Assembly (NCBI GenBank): GCA_950097015.1
Contig: CATNEN010000001.1
Coordinates: 3,286,001 to 3,350,000, forward strand
From: Macrostomum hystrix
Lineage: Eukaryota > Animalia > Platyhelminthes
Length of the DNA: 64,000 bases
Reading direction: 5' to 3'
Below are positions 1 through 13,863 of the stretch, one piece after another. The notes under the pieces were generated by a model. The model was not told the DNA's origin. It did not search any database and saw nothing but the letters and a program-made list of their open reading frames with translations. The position numbers and the translations under genes were made by a program. Position 1 is the stretch's first letter. Every line of letters begins with the position of its first letter.

Positions 1-478
1 CACAAAACCACTTCGCCCGTCGAGATCTGTCAGTCCTTTTCTCTAGGAGAAACAATGGAGAAAAATAGCATACGCAGCAGCTTCTTATCATTCCAGGGAT
101 TGATTGCTGGTTGGTTGCATTGTTGCTTAAAACGTTAGCATCATCACAAACCTAGTCTAGCGCGTCTGCGGAGCAGCAGAGAATGAGAGTGAATGCGGGT
201 GGCACAGGCCCTATACCGCAGCACTTGTAACATGTGAATATGGCCAAGCTTTTTGACGAATTTTTATTTTCAAACAAGACTCCATTTAGTGGTGAAATAT
301 TTTCTAGACAAAAGACCGCAGTTAAATTGCTGCAGCTATTGAAAGATTTGGGAAAAGGAATTGTTATGGGATTAGAAATATGGGAATCAGACAGCACTCG
401 CTAGAATGACGATACAGACTAGAGATAAGTGGAAGGACAGGGTGAGAGATGAGGGAGGATGGGAGAAAGGGTGAGGGG

Positions 479-2525
479 TTATGAGAAGTAGATTGAGAAG
501 CAGATTGAGAAGCAGATTGAGAAGGAGAGTGAGATGCAGAATGAGAAGCAGATTGAGAAGGAGAGTGAGAATGAGACTGAGAAGGAGAGTGAGAAGGAGA
601 GTGAGAAGGAGAGTGAGAAGGAGACTGAGAAGGAGAGTGAGAAGGATTGTGAGAGGGAGAGTGAGAAGGAGACTGAGAAGGAGACTGAGAAGGAGAGTGA
701 GAAGGATTGTGAGAGGGAGAGTGAGAAGGAGAGTGAGAAGAAGAGTGAGAAGGAGACTGAGAAGGAGAGTGAGAAGGAGAGTGAGAAGGAGAGTGAGAAG
801 GATTGTGAGAGGGAGAGTGAGAAGAAGAGTGAGAAGAAGAGTGAGAAGGAGACTGAGATGGACAGTAAGACGGAGAGTGAGAAGGAGACTGAGATGGACA
901 GTAAGAAGGAGACTGAGAAGGAGACTGAGAAGGAGACTGAGAAGGAGAGTGAGAAGGAGAGTGAGAAGGATTGTGAGAGGGAGAGTGAGAAGAAGAGTGA
1001 GAAGAAGAGTGAGAAGGAGACTGAGAAGGAGAGTGAGAAGGAGAGTGAGAAGGAGAGTGAGAAGGATTGTGAGAGGGAGAGTGAGAAGAAGAGTGAGAAG
1101 AAGAGTGAGAAGGAGACTGAGAAGGAGAGTGAGAAGGAGAGTGAGAAGGAGAGTGAGAAGGATTGTGAGAGGGAGAGTGAGAAGAAGAGTGAGAAGAAGA
1201 GTGAGAAGGAGACTGAGAAGGAGAGTGAGAAGGAGAGTGAGAAGGAGAGTGAGAAGGATTGTGAGAGGGAGAGTGAGAAGGAGAGTGAGAAGAAGAGTGA
1301 GAAGGAGACTGAGAAGGAGAGTGAGAAGGAGAGTGAGAAGGAGAGTGAGAAGGAGAGTGAGAAGGATTGTGAGAGGGAGAGTGAGAAGGAGAGTGAGAAG
1401 GAGACTGAGAAGGAGAGTGAGAAGGATTGTGAGAGGGAGAGTGAGAAGGAGAGTGAGAAGAAGAGTGAGAAGGAGACTGAGATGGACAGTAAGACGGAGA
1501 GTGAGAAGGAGACTGAGATGGACAGTAAGAAGGAGACTGAGAAGGAGACTGAGAAGGAGACTGAGAAGGAGAGTGAGAAGGATTGTGAGAGGGAGAGTGA
1601 GAAGAAGAGTGAGAAGAAGAGTGAGAAGGAGACTGAGAAGGAGAGTGAGAAGGAGAGTGAGAAGGAGAGTGAGAAGGATTGTGAGAGGGGGAGTGAGAAG
1701 AAGAGTGAGAAGAAGAGTGAGAAGGAGACTGAGAAGGAGAGTGAGAAGGATTGTGGGAGGGAGAGTGAGAAGGAGAGTGAGAAGGAGAGTGAGAAGGAGA
1801 CTGAGAAGGAGAGTGAGAAGGAGACTGAGAAGGAGAGTGAGAAGGAGACTGAGAAGGAGACTGAGAAGGAGAGTGAGAAGGAGAGTGAGAAGGAGACTGA
1901 GAAGGAGAGTGAGAAGGAGAGTGAGAAGGATTGTGAGAGGGAGAGTGAGAAGAAGAGTGAGAAGGAGACTGAGAAGGAGAGTGAGAAGGAGACTGAGAAG
2001 GAGAGTGAGAAGGAGAGTGAGAAGGATTGTGAGAGGGAGAGTGAGAAGAAGAGTGAGAAGAAGAGTGAGAAGGAGACTGAGAAGGAGACTGAGAAGGAGA
2101 GTGAGAAGGATTGTGAGAGGGAGAGTGAGAAGAAGAGTGAGAAGAAGAGTGAGAAGGAGACTGAGAAGGAGAGTAAGAAGGAGAGTGAGAAGGAGACTGA
2201 GAAGGAGAGTGAGAAGGATTGTGAGAGGGAGAGTGAGAAGAAGAGTGAGAAGAAGAGTGAGAAGGAGACTGAGAAGGAGAGTGAGAAGGAGACTGAGAAG
2301 GAGAGTGAGAAGGATTGTGGGAGGGAGAGTGAGAAGAAGAGTGAGAAGAAGAGTGAGAAGGAGACTGAGAAGGAGAGTGAGAAGGATTGTGGGAGGGAGA
2401 GTGAGAAGAAGAGTGAGAAGAAGAGTGAGAAGGAGACTGAGAAGGAGAGTGAGAAGGAGAGTGAGAAGGAGAGTGAGAAGGAGACTGAGAAGGAGAGTGA
2501 GAAGGAGAGTGTGAAAGAGACTGAG
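479..2525. repeat. 12-bp purine-rich minisatellite (GAGAAGGAGAGT) with variant units
   Basis: Direct periodicity of gtgagaaggaga/ctgagaaggaga/gattgtgagagg units; the three overlapping long ORFs are low-complexity translations. Confidence 0.97.
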
Positions 2526-3028
2526 AGAGAAGGAAAGTTAGATAGGAACAGTGGTAGTGGCATGGTGGGTGTCAGAATGCATGAAACTGGTCAGTTGTGC
2601 CCCAGGGCAATCGATAATGCACGCGAGAATTTCCAAAGAAAAGCTCACAAACTGTGAAGGCGTTTAAAACCTAAAATTAAGACAAAAAGGCAAAATTTGT
2701 GACACGTGAGCAGTTCTATAAATGCCTCAATTTATGCCGTGGCAAATAGCCTTTGAAATGTGTCCTAAACTATTCAGTTTGACAGCAAATGGTCCATCCC
2801 AGGGACTCTAAACTAAAAAAAAGTTTTAGTTTTAGGACTGGTGGGAGGACAGATCGCCAAGCAATCGACGCGTGGGGAAATTGGGGATCTTAAATTTCGC
2901 GACTGCGGCTGGCTAAAAAGTTATGTTCCCCTCACTCATTGGGAACTGGGTTTGGGAGGGGAACTCTTGTCGGAGGTGAGACTTGCACTGGCACTTGATT
3001 GCAGCATCAGATTACCTATGCTGCGCCG

Positions 3029-3042
3029 GTTGCTATGGCAAC
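3029..3042. promoter_or_regulatory. RFX X-box-like motif GTTGCTATGGCAAC
   Basis: Near-perfect palindromic match to the GTHNYY-AT-RRNAAC consensus, about 2 kb upstream of the GPCR ATG. It may instead belong to a small interspersed repeat at ~2835-3125. Confidence 0.35.
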
Positions 3043-3180
3043 CTTTGTGACGCTGCTGGCCGGGGGGGGCGGGAGACTTACAGGACAGACAAGGCACAGT
3101 CTGGCTCAGTTAGCTAGATAGACGAGATTTTAGCGAAAATTTAGTGGCAATTACTGTTTAAAGCTTCAATTGAATCAAGA

Positions 3181-3527
3181 GTATCAGTCTCATATCTCAG
3201 TCTCATATCTCAGTCTCATATCTCAGTCTCATATCTCAGTCTCATATCTCAGTCTCATATCTCAGTCTCATATCTCAGTCTCATATCTCAGTCTCATATC
3301 TCAGTCTCATATCTCAGTCTCATATCTCAGTCTCATATCTCAGTCTCATATCTCAGTCTCATATCTCAGTCTCATATCTCAGTCTCATATCTCAGTCTCA
3401 TATCTCAGTCTCATATCTCAGTCTCATATCTCAGTCTCATATCTCAGTCTCATATCTCAGTCTCATATCTCAGTCTCATATCTCAGTCTCATATCTCAGT
3501 CTCATATCTCAGTCTCATAGCTCAGTC
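3181..3527. repeat. 13-bp near-perfect minisatellite (CAGTCTCATATCT)
   Basis: About 26 essentially identical units. Confidence 0.97.
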
Positions 3528-3929
3528 ATCATTTTTTCATGTTTCTAGTCTACAGTTCAATAGACCAGTCAATAAGGCGCATTAGTTTATTTACAAGTTC
3601 ATTTATATAGCAAAGCTGATGGTTGTATTACCCTCACCACAAAATGACTTGTTATTCTTGAAATTGATTTCACTTTTCCTTTTGCATTTTTACGACTTCG
3701 TCGCTGTTCAGTCTGTAGCACTGTTTCTATTGTCAGAATGCTTTAACACGCTTCACGATCTGGTTTTTTAGTATCTCGACCTGCTTCACTTGCTTAATTG
3801 GCACTTTATTTACCGACATGTTTACGCGATGCGTTAGCAAGAAAACATGTGAGGCTGTAAACTATTTTGATGGTCGATAAATGAGTTGAGCAGTAAAATG
3901 AAGTAGGAAGAAAATGCACTGACGGATAT

Positions 3930-5004
3930 GGGACAAGACACTGAAGGATGAAGGGCAAGACACTGAAGGATGAAGGACAAGACACTGAAGGATGAAGGAC
4001 AAGACACTGAAGAATGGAGGACAAGACACTGAAGAATGGAGGACAAGACACTGAAGAATGGAGGACAAGACACTGAAGGATAAAGGACAAGACAGTGATG
4101 AATGAGGGACAAGACACTGAAGGATGAAGGACAAGACAGTGATGAATGAGGGACAAGATACTGAAGGATGAAGGACAAGACAGTGATGAATGAGGGACAA
4201 GACACTGAAGGATGAAGGACTAGACACTGAAGGATGAAGGACAAGACACTGAAGGATGAAGGACTAGACACTGAAGGATGAAGGACAAGACACTGAAGGA
4301 TGAAGGACAAGACACTGAAGGATGAAGGACAAGACACTGAAGGATGAAGGACTAGACACTGAAGGATGAAGGACAAGACAGTGATGAATGAGGGACAAGA
4401 CACTGAAGGATGAAGGACTAGACACTGAAGGATGAAGGACAAGACAGTGATGAATGAGGGACTAGACACTGAAGGATGAAGGACTAGACACTGAAGGATG
4501 AAGGACAAGACAGTGATGAATGAGGGACAAGACACTGAAGGATGAAGGACTAGACACTGAAGGATGAAGGACAAGACACTGAAGGATGAAGGACAAGACA
4601 CTGAAGGATGTAGGACAAGACACTGAAGGATGAAGGACAAAACACTGAAGGATGAAGGACAAGACAGTGATGAATGAGGGACAAGACACTGAAGGATGAA
4701 GGACAAGACACTGAAGGATGAAGGACAAGACAGTGATGAATGAGGGACTAGACACTGAAGGATGAAGGACAAGACAGTGATGAATGAGGGACAAGACACT
4801 GAAGGATGAAGGACTAGACACTGAAGGATGAAGGACAAGACAGTGATGAATGAGGGACAAGACACTGAAGGATGAAGGACTAGACACTGAAGGATGAAGG
4901 ACTAGACATTGAAGGATGAAGGACAAGACACTGAAGGATGAAGGACTAGACACTGAATGATGAAGGACAAGACACTGAAGGATGAAGGACAAGACACTGA
5001 AGGA
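3930..5004. repeat. 22-bp minisatellite (GGACAAGACACTGAAGGATGAA) with a second variant unit
   Basis: 22-bp periodicity; ends about 65 nt before the GPCR ATG. Confidence 0.96.
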
Positions 5005-5070
5005 TGGGGGTACAAATATTACAATTAACCCATCCAAAAAATTTCTCCCACCAGAGCGGCAGCTTCAAGA

Positions 5071-5428
5071 ATGTCAGACACAGGGCCAATAATGCGTTGC
5101 AACACTCTGTGTGCCTGCGAGACACGACTGCCAACCGGCCTGTCCGCCCTGTACCGACTCACCTTCAGGGGAGCGACTACGGAAGTGAATTTCTCCACCG
5201 CCGGGTCGCAGTGCACCCTTGGTCACGAAATACCGGCTAACACCTCCTGGCAGGACAGGACTAGCCGGGATATTGTCAAGGTGTTGCTAAGCACCTACAT
5301 GGCACCACCGGTGATTGTTATAACACTCGTCACCAACCTGCTAATTTGTGTGGTGCTGACTAGGAAGAATATGGTTAGCCCGACTAATATAATCTTGCTG
5401 TCCATGGCGCTGGCGGACATGCTCACCG
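5071..5428 (+). CDS. Rhodopsin-class peptide GPCR, sex-peptide/MIP-receptor-like, exon 1 (N-terminus, TM1-TM2)
   Basis: ...VITLVTNLLICVVLTRKNMVSPTNIILLSMALADMLTG; N-glycosylation sequons NFS and NTS; phase-1 donor G|GTGAGT at 5428/5429. Confidence 0.88.
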
Positions 5429-5455
5429 GTGAGTCCCGCCTTGCTTCCCTGGATT

Positions 5456-5800
5456 GAGAAGGATTTGAGTAGGCTTTGAGTAGGCTTTGAGAAGGATTTG
5501 AGTAGGCTCTGAGAAGGATTTAAGTAGGCTTTGAGTAGGCTTTAAGTAGGATTTGAGTAGGCTTTGAGTAGGCTTTGAGTAGGATTTGAGAAGGATTTGA
5601 GTAGGCTCTGAGAAGGATTTAAGTAGGCTTTGAGTAGGCTTTAAGTAGGATTTGAGTAGGCTTTGAGTAGGCTTTGAGTAGGATTTGAGTAGGCTTTGAG
5701 TAGGCTTTGAGAAGGATTTGAGTAGGCTCTGAGAAGGATTTAAGTAGGCTTTGAGTAGGCTTTAAGTAGGATTTGAGTAGGCTTTGAGTAGACTTTAAGT
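5456..5800. repeat. 11-bp minisatellite (GAGTAGGCTTT/GAGAAGGATTT), intronic
   Basis: Direct periodicity starting about 30 nt after the GPCR donor. Confidence 0.93.
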
Positions 5801-5812
5801 ACTGTTTGGGTT

Positions 5813-6383
5813 GGAATCAGGGGGTGAGAGTAGATCTAGAATCGGGGGTGAGAGTAGATCTAGAATCGGGGGTGAGAGTAGATCTAGAATCGGGGGTGAG
5901 AGTAGATCTAGAATCGGGGGTGAGAGTAGATCTAGAATCGGGGGTGAGAGTAGATCTAGAATCGGGGGTGAGAGTAGATCTAGAATCGGGGGGTGAGAGT
6001 AGATCTAGAATCGGGGGTGAGAGTAGATCTAGAATCGGGGGTGAGAGTAGATCTAGAATCGGGGGTGAGAGTAGATCTAGAATCGGGGGTGAGAGTAGAT
6101 CTAGAATCGGGGGTAAGAGTAGATCTAGAATCGGGGGGTGAGAGTAGATCTAGAATCGGGGGGTGAGAGTAGATCTAGAATCGGGGGTAAGAGTAGGTCT
6201 AGAATCGGGGGTAAGAGTAGATCTAGAATCGGGGGTGAGAGTAGATCTAGAATCGGGGGTGAGAGTAGATCTAGAATCGGGGGTGAGAGTAGATCTAGAA
6301 TCGGGGGTGAGAGTAGATCTAGAATCGGGGGTGAGAGTAGATCTTGAATCAGGGGGTGGGATTAGATCTAGAATCAGGGGGTA
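5813..6383. repeat. 24-bp minisatellite (GGGGTGAGAGTAGATCTAGAATCG), intronic
   Basis: About 23 units; an occasional extra G shifts the frame of the spurious ORFs. Confidence 0.95.
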
Positions 6384-6779
6384 AAAGTTTCGGATTAAGT
6401 TATTCGCAAACTGACGCACTATTTTCGCCATCGGACACGGAAAGATGCGAAGTAGTTTTAACGCTTCAAGACAAATAGGGAATGATTTCAGCGCACTGGC
6501 TTACATACACTCGCTATTATTTTCTGAAAGCCATGGTTGACAAATGAGGTTGGTCTGTGTTCCATATGAAGACATCCGCAAGCCACTTTGATCAGAGGAC
6601 AGCAGCACTGGGCGATAGACTTGTCGGATGATAGATTAAGAGAGGTGCGAACAGATGATGACAGGGTATGGCCGGAGATGAACGATGAGAACAGAGATGC
6701 TGGGTTGAAGTCGTTCGACTTTTAGGGAAATATTTGCCACTAGCAGCTACTGGTGAATAGGGAAGATAGCGAAAATAGT

Positions 6780-7080
6780 AAAGAGAAGTAGAGAGGCGAG
6801 AGAATTAGAGAGGGGAGAGAAGGGGAGAGGGGAGAGAAGAGGAGATGGGAGAGAAGTAGAGAGGGGAGAGAAGTAGAGAGGGGAGAGAAGTAGAGAGGGA
6901 GAGAAGTAGAGAGGGGAGAGAAGTAGAGAGGGAGAGAAGTAGAGAGGGAGAGAAGTAGAGAGGGAGAGAAGTAGAGAGGGGAGAGAAGTAGAGAGGGAGA
7001 GAAGTAGAGAGGGAGAGAAGTAGAGAGGGGAGAGAAGTAGAGATGGGAGAGAAGTAGAGGGCAGAGAAGGAGAGGGGATA
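6780..7080. repeat. GA-rich ~16-18-bp repeat (GAGAAGTAGAGAGGG)
   Basis: Imperfect polypurine tandem repeat. Confidence 0.9.
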
Positions 7081-7629
7081 AGGTGTAAGAATGTGGTGTA
7101 GTGACAAAGGAGCAGTAGAGAGAGGTCTGAGAGCGGACTGAAGATAAGCAATAGCCAGAGATGTTGAGGTCAGTCAGAAGAAGTGACATGGGAAGCAGTA
7201 TGCTAGCCACAGCAGACAGCAGATGGTTAGGAAGGCTTTTAGGCCAGTGTGCCCGCTGTTCAAGAATGTGGCAACAGCTGACAGAGGTGATAAGGCGGTG
7301 AGGAGAGAAATAGAGAGCACATGATTGACGAGGTAGAGTTTCGAAGACGCGGGGCGATATGAATATATTAGCAAAAATAGTCCGACACTAAGTGAAGTAC
7401 GGATGCAACTAACCGCTTGGATAATGGAGTGGATATTATGGGGCGCAGAGATAGCCTGAGAAGAGAAGGATTTGTGGACATTTAGGGATTAATTCTGCGG
7501 CCTATCACTTTGGTTCGAGTAGGGGATTGTAGTGTTATCAGCTCAATCGTCGATTTCAATGCTAATATAAAAATTGCGACGGGTGATCAACTCGCTCAAA
7601 AAATGTAAGGTTGTTGATAATCTCCTAAC

Positions 7630-9515
7630 ATTGCTCATTATCCCCTCAGATTCTTAACTATTCCCTCAGCTGGTTGATTATCCCCTCAGATGGTTGATTA
7701 TCCTTTCAGATTGTTAATTATCCCCTCAGATTCTTAACTATTCCCTCAGCTGGTTGATTATCCCCTCAGATTCTTAACTATTCCCTCAGATGGTTGATTA
7801 TCCCCTCAGATTGTTGATTATCCCCTCAGGTTGTTGATTATCCCCTCAGGTTGTTGATTATCCCCTCAGATTGTTGATTATCCCCTCAGGTTGTTGATTA
7901 TCCTTTCAGATTGTTAATTATCCCCTCAGATTCTTAACTATTCCCTCAGCTGGTTGATTATCCCCTCAGATTCTTAACTATTCCGTCAGATGGTTGATTA
8001 TCCCCTCAGATTCTTAACTATTCCCTCAGATGGTTGATTATATCCTCAGATTCTTAACTATTCCCTCAGCTGGTTGATTATCCCCTCAGATTCTTAACTA
8101 TTCCGTCAGATGGTTGATTATCCCCTCAGATTCTTAACTATTCCGTCAGATGGTTGATTATATCCTCAGATTCTTAACTATTCCCTCAGCTGGTTGATTA
8201 TCCCCTCAGATTCTTAACTATTCCGTCAGATGGTTGATTATCCCCTCAGATTCTTAACTATTCCCTCAGATGGTTGATTATATCCTCAGATTCTTAACTA
8301 TTCCCTCAGCTGGTTGATTATCCCCTCAGATTCTTAACTATTCCGTCAGATGGTTGATTATCCCCTCAGATTCTTAACTATTCCCTCAGATGGTTGATTA
8401 TATCCTCAGATTCTTAACTATTCCCTCAGCTGGTTGATTATCCCCTCAGATTCTTAACTATTCCGTCAGATGGTTGATTATCCCCTCAGATTCTTAACTA
8501 TTCCCTCAGATGGTTGATTATATCCTCAGATTCTTAACTATTCCCTCAGCTGGTTGATTATCCCCTCAGATTCTTAACTATTCCGTCAGATGGTTGATTA
8601 TCCCCTCAGATTCTTAACTATTCCCTCAGATGGTTGATTATCCCCTCAGATTCTTAACTATTCCCTCAGATGGTTGATTATCCCCTCAGATTGTTGATTA
8701 TCCCCTCAGATTCTTAACTATTCCCTCAGATTGTTGATTATCCCCTCAGATTCTTAACTATTCCCTCAGATTGTTGATTATCCCCTCAGATTCTTAACTA
8801 TTCCGTCAGATGGTTGATTATCCCCTCAGATTCTTAACTATTCCCTCAGATGGTTGATTATATCCTCAGATTCTTAACTATTCCCTCAGCTGGTTGATTA
8901 TCCCCTCAGATTCTTAACTATTCCGTCAGATGGTTGATTATCCCCTCAGATTCTTAACTATTCCCTCAGATGGTTGATTATCCCCTCAGATTCTTAACTA
9001 TTCCCTCAGATGGTTGATTATCCCCTCAGATTGTTGATTATCCCCTCAGATTCTTAACTATTCCCTCAGATTGTTGATTATCCCCTCAGATTCTTAACTA
9101 TTCCCTCAGATGGTTGATTATCCCCTCAGATTCTTAACTATTCCCTCAGATGGTTGATTATCCCCTCAGATTGTTGATTATCCCCTCAGATTGTTGATTA
9201 TCCTTTCAGATTGTTAATTATCCCCTCAGATTCTTAACTATACCCTCAGATTCTTAACTATACCCTCAGATTCTTAACTATACCCTCAGATTCTTAACTA
9301 TTCCCTCAGATTGTTGATTATCCCCTCAGATGGTTAATTATCCCTCAGATGGTTAATTATCCCTCAGATTGTTGATTATCCCTCAGATTGTTGATTATCC
9401 CCTCAGATTGTTGATTATCCCTCAGATTGTTGATTATCCCCTCAGATTGTTGATTATCCCCTCAGATGGTTAATTATCCCTCAGATGGTTAATTATCCCC
9501 TCAGATTGTTGATTT
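7630..9515. repeat. 20-bp minisatellite (GATTATCCCCTCAGATTGTT/AACTATTCCCTCAGATGGTT) with 40- and 120-bp higher-order structure
   Basis: Lines starting 8041, 8161, 8281, 8401 and 8521 are identical (120-bp period). Confidence 0.96.
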
Positions 9516-9982
9516 TTTAATTTTAGGTCATTGAAAAAACATGAAATCAGTTTTTTTGCATTTGCGTGTCGAAACAGATCAGAAAAAGCCAGAAAATTTT
9601 TGGGAAAGAATTGAGTCCAAATTAATTTGAGTCAACTTTGCAATGCGTCAATCAAATTCAACTTAAATATCGCTCCAACCTTGTCCAACAATCTTATGAA
9701 AAAATTTTTTAACTTCAGCTAAGCTGTACTAGTATGCATATTGATGCGAGTTTGACATTCTATACATCACTAGAATCTGTAACTAAATTCGATTCAATTA
9801 AAAAAAGGTTCAATCTGCGTGCCTTAGAGTGGAATTTTTAAAAGGCCACTTTGAAATAACTTCCACCCTGTCAGTCCAACTTTGATACGTCAAATAAGTT
9901 ACTGAAATGACGTGACCGGATTAACCAGTACCCGGCAATGTAAATATTGCTATTTTATTTCGCCTTCTAGCCGAGTGTTTTC

Positions 9983-10810
9983 GACTAGATCTCACCCTCT
10001 TCTAGACTAGATCTCACCCTCGTCTAGACTAGATCTCACCCTCCTCTAGACTAGATCTCACCCTCTTCTAGACTAGATCTCACCCTCTTCTAGACTAGAT
10101 CTCACCCTCGTCTAGACTAGATCTCACCCTCCTCTAGACTAGATCTCACCCTCTTCTAGACTAGATCTCACCCTCTTCTAGACTAGATCTCACCCTCGTC
10201 TAGACTAGATCTCACCCTCCTCTAGACTAGATCTCACCCTCTTCTAGACTAGATCTCACCCTCTTCTAGACTAGATCTCACCCTCCTCTAGACTAGATCT
10301 CACCCTCCTCTAGACTAAATCTCACCCTCCTCTAGACTAGATCTCACCCTCGTCTAGACTAGATCTCACCATCGTCTAGACTAGATCTCACCCTCTTCTA
10401 GACTAGATCTCACCCTCTTCTAGACTAGATCTCACCCTCCTCTAGACTAGATCTCACCCTCATCTAGACTAGATCTCACCATCGTCTAGACTAGATCTCA
10501 CCCTCTTCTAGACTAGATCTCACCCTCCTCTAGACTAGATCTCACCCTCGTCTAGACTAGATCTCACCCTCGTCTAGACTAGATCTCACTCTCTTCTAGA
10601 CTAGATCTCACCCTCGTCTAGACTAGATCTCACCCTCCTCTAGACTAGATCTCACCCTCCTCTAGACTAGATCTCACCCTCTTCTAGACTAGATCTCACC
10701 ATCGTCTAGACTAGATCTCACCCTCCTCTAGACTAGATCTCACCCTCCTCTAGACTAGATCTCACCCTCGTCTAGACTAGATCTCACCCTCGTCTAGACT
10801 AGATCTCACA
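9983..10810. repeat. 23-bp minisatellite (TCTAGACTAGATCTCACCCTC[C/G/T])
   Basis: Direct periodicity. Confidence 0.95.
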
Positions 10811-11257
10811 CTTCTCCGGCGCAGATATTAGCTGGTTGGTTAGATTTTCATAGATCTCTTTCTAATTTTCGACCCGATATTGTGTTCTCAAGTTTTGCAT
10901 CCTTGCTCTTGAAAGGATTCCGATTGACAGCGGAAATTTGAGCAAGCAATCAGATCAGCGATAATTTAATCCATTTGTAAAAAACCGATTACTTATCTTT
11001 CCCGAGTAGATTGAGTTTATCCACCCACTCGTCTAACGTGTTTTCCCATTTTAGGAAGGCGATTAAAAGCATTTTAATCTTTCTAGCGTCATCGCCTAAG
11101 GGCGATTAAGGATCTCAGCCTTTCACTCAAAGAGAGATAACTAATTTTCGCTAATTAGATCAAATAACTCAATTTTTTCCAAAGTCAAGTCCTCCCTTCA
11201 TTACTAGCTAAAAGGCACGACATCTCAGTCTCTCCTTCGCAGTCTCTCCTTCCTATC

Positions 11258-12345
11258 ACACTCACTTTCACTCTCTCTCTCTCTTAATTCTCGTCGTCAC
11301 TCTCTTTATCTTAACTCTCGCCTTCACTCTCTCTCTTAACTCTCGCCTTCACTCTCTCTCTCTTGATTCTCGCCTTCTCTCTCTCTCTCTTAATTCTCGC
11401 CTTCACTCTCTCTCTCTTAATTCTCGCCTTCACTCTCTCTCTCTTAATTCTCGCCTTCACTCTCTCTCTCTCTTAACTCTCGCCTTCACTCTCTCTCTCT
11501 TAATTCTCGCCTTCACTCACTCTCTCTCTTAACTCTCGCCTTCACTCTCTCTCTCTTGATTCTCGCCTTCACTCTCTCTCTCTTGATTCTCGCCTTCTCT
11601 CTCTCTCTCTTAATTCTCGCCTTCACTCTCTCTCTCTTAATTCTCGCCTTCACTCTGTCTCTCTTAATTCTCGCCTTCACTCTCTCTCTCTTAATTCTCG
11701 CCTTCACTCTCTCTCTCTCTTAACTCTCGCCTTCACTCTCTCTCTCTCTTAACTCTCGCCTTCACTCTCTCTCTCTTAATTCTCGCCTTCACTCACTCTC
11801 TCTCTTAACTCTCGCCTTCACTCTCTCTCTCTCTTGATTCTCGCCTTCACTCTCTCTCTCTTGATTCTCGCCTTCACTCTCTTTCTCTTAACTCTCGCCT
11901 TTACTCTCTTTCTCTTAACTCTCGCCTTCACTCTCTCTCTCTTGATTCTCGCCTTCACTCTCTCTCTCTTGATTCTCGCCTTCTCTCTCTCTCTCTTAAT
12001 TCTCGCCTTCTCTCTCTCTCTCTTAATTCTCGCCTTCACTCTCTCTCTCTTAATTCTCGCCTTCACTCTCTCTCTCTTAACTCTCGCCTTCACTCTCTCT
12101 CTCTTGATTCTCGCCTTCACTCTCTCTCTCTCTTAACTCTCGCCTTCACTCTCTCTCTCTTGATTCTCGCCTTCACTCTCTTTCTCTTAACTCTCGCCTT
12201 CACTCTCTCTCTTAACTCTCGCCTTCACTCTCTCTCTCTCTCTTAATTCTCACCATCACTCTCTCTCTTAACTCTCGCCTTCACTCTCTCTCTCTCTCTT
12301 AATTCTCACCATCTCTCTCTCTCTTAACTCTCGCCTTCTCTCTCA
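11258..12345. repeat. ~27-33-bp pyrimidine-rich minisatellite (CTCGCCTTCA(CT)nTTAA)
   Basis: Unit with a variable internal (CT)n tract. Confidence 0.95.
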
Positions 12346-12957
12346 CCAAGCAAGTCTGGAATACAGTGCTAATATTTCATGGTGTGAAAGCTAGACAATT
12401 TCCAAATGCTGTGTCTGTTCTCTCTAATAGAAAATCCATTTATTCAATTTTGACCCCAATTTGCTCCCAATTTGCTCCCAATCAGCATTTTTAGGCTCCC
12501 AAAGTCTGTGTCTCAGAAGAATTAAGATATTTCCTCAAAAGCTTTACTCGAAAAAAATTGAAATTATGAAAAGCTGCTAATCCGATCAAGTCGAGCCTTG
12601 GGGTAAGTAGCGGATTTGCTAATCCCCGAAGTGTGACAAGAAGGCACGTTCCTGTTGAAAGCATTTTTTTCCGTTTAGTTTTATTCAACTTAGAAAAAAA
12701 GCAATTCGACAGCATTTGCTTCGGTGAAGCTTTTGGAACACAAAATCGTTTCCTATATGGCATGCATTCTGTTGAGCTGAGTAAGGAATTAGCGCATAGA
12801 AAGTCTATATTAGTAGACAGTGAGAGTGACAAAGGCGAGAAACAGAGAGACAATTAGAGATTAAAATACACGGTAACAAAACTCTCATTATATTTTCATT
12901 TGTGGCACGAAGACAGAATAGTAGGACAATCAAACAATGGATAGACAAATGGTAGAT

Positions 12958-13510
12958 GGAGACTCTGAGAGTTGACAGAGCGAGTAGACTCTGAGTCTGA
13001 ATGTAGACAGGTTAGACTCTGAGTGTAGACAAAGTAGACTCTGAGAGTAGACAAAGTAGACTCTGAGAGTAGACAAAGTAGACTCTGAGAGTAGACAAAG
13101 TAGACTCTGAGAGTAGACAAAGTAGACTCTGAGAGTAGGCAAAGTAGACTCTGAGAGTAGACAAAGTAGACTCTGAGAGTAGACAAAGTAGACTCTGAGT
13201 GAAGGCAAAATAGACTATGAGAGTAGACAGGTAGACTTTGAGGGTAGATAGAGTAGACGATTAGAGTTGACAGACTAGACTTTGAGAGTAGACAAAGTAG
13301 ACAAAGTAAACAGAGTAGACTCTGAGAGTAGACAAAGTAGACTCTGAGAGTAGACAAAGTAGACTCTGAGAGTAGACAAAGTAGACTCTGAGTGTAGACA
13401 AAGTAGACTCTGAGTGTAGACAAAGTAGACTATGATTGTAGACAAAGTAGACTATGATTGTAGACAAAGTAGACTTTGAGAGTAGACAAAGTAGACTATG
13501 AGAGCAGACA
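12958..13510. repeat. 22-bp minisatellite (AGTAGACAAAGTAGACTCTGAG)
   Basis: Direct periodicity with a degenerate middle. Confidence 0.93.
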
Positions 13511-13830
13511 TAGGCTTCTAAGGCAGACTCTGAGCACAGACTCCAGAATTGCCAAAAGAATTCCCCCCCCCAACGGTGCAAGCCTAGAGCACAGGAGAAA
13601 AGTTAAAGCAATATGCACAGCAGCGGCAGTGAACAGAAATCACTCCAGTTGCTTTCTAGAGTGGAACTTTAGGACGCGAGCGCGTGCTGTCCGCAAGAAA
13701 CCTCTGGCTCCATCTTGAGTATGCTCAAGTCATTCTTTAAAGCCCCCCCGTCAAGGCAGGCCAAAAGACAAAAAGTCCAATCTGTCAACTAAAGAGAGGA
13801 AAAGAGAAGACTGCGAAAATAAGAAGCAAA

Positions 13831-13832
<2 letters not shown>

Positions 13833-13862
<30 letters not shown>
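13833..13862. repeat. (CAG)n microsatellite, intronic
   Basis: About 10 AGC/CAG units. Confidence 0.85.

Positions 13863-13863
<1 letters not shown>

Noticed and set aside
479-2657. Three long overlapping ORFs (EKES-, RRRV- and SFSL-rich)
   Set aside because: Products of a 12-bp repeat open in several frames on both strands; no unique domain or convincing splice context.
6480-7560. Possible degraded LINE endonuclease fragment
   Set aside because: Only vague similarity (LTDLNISGY); no diagnostic motifs.
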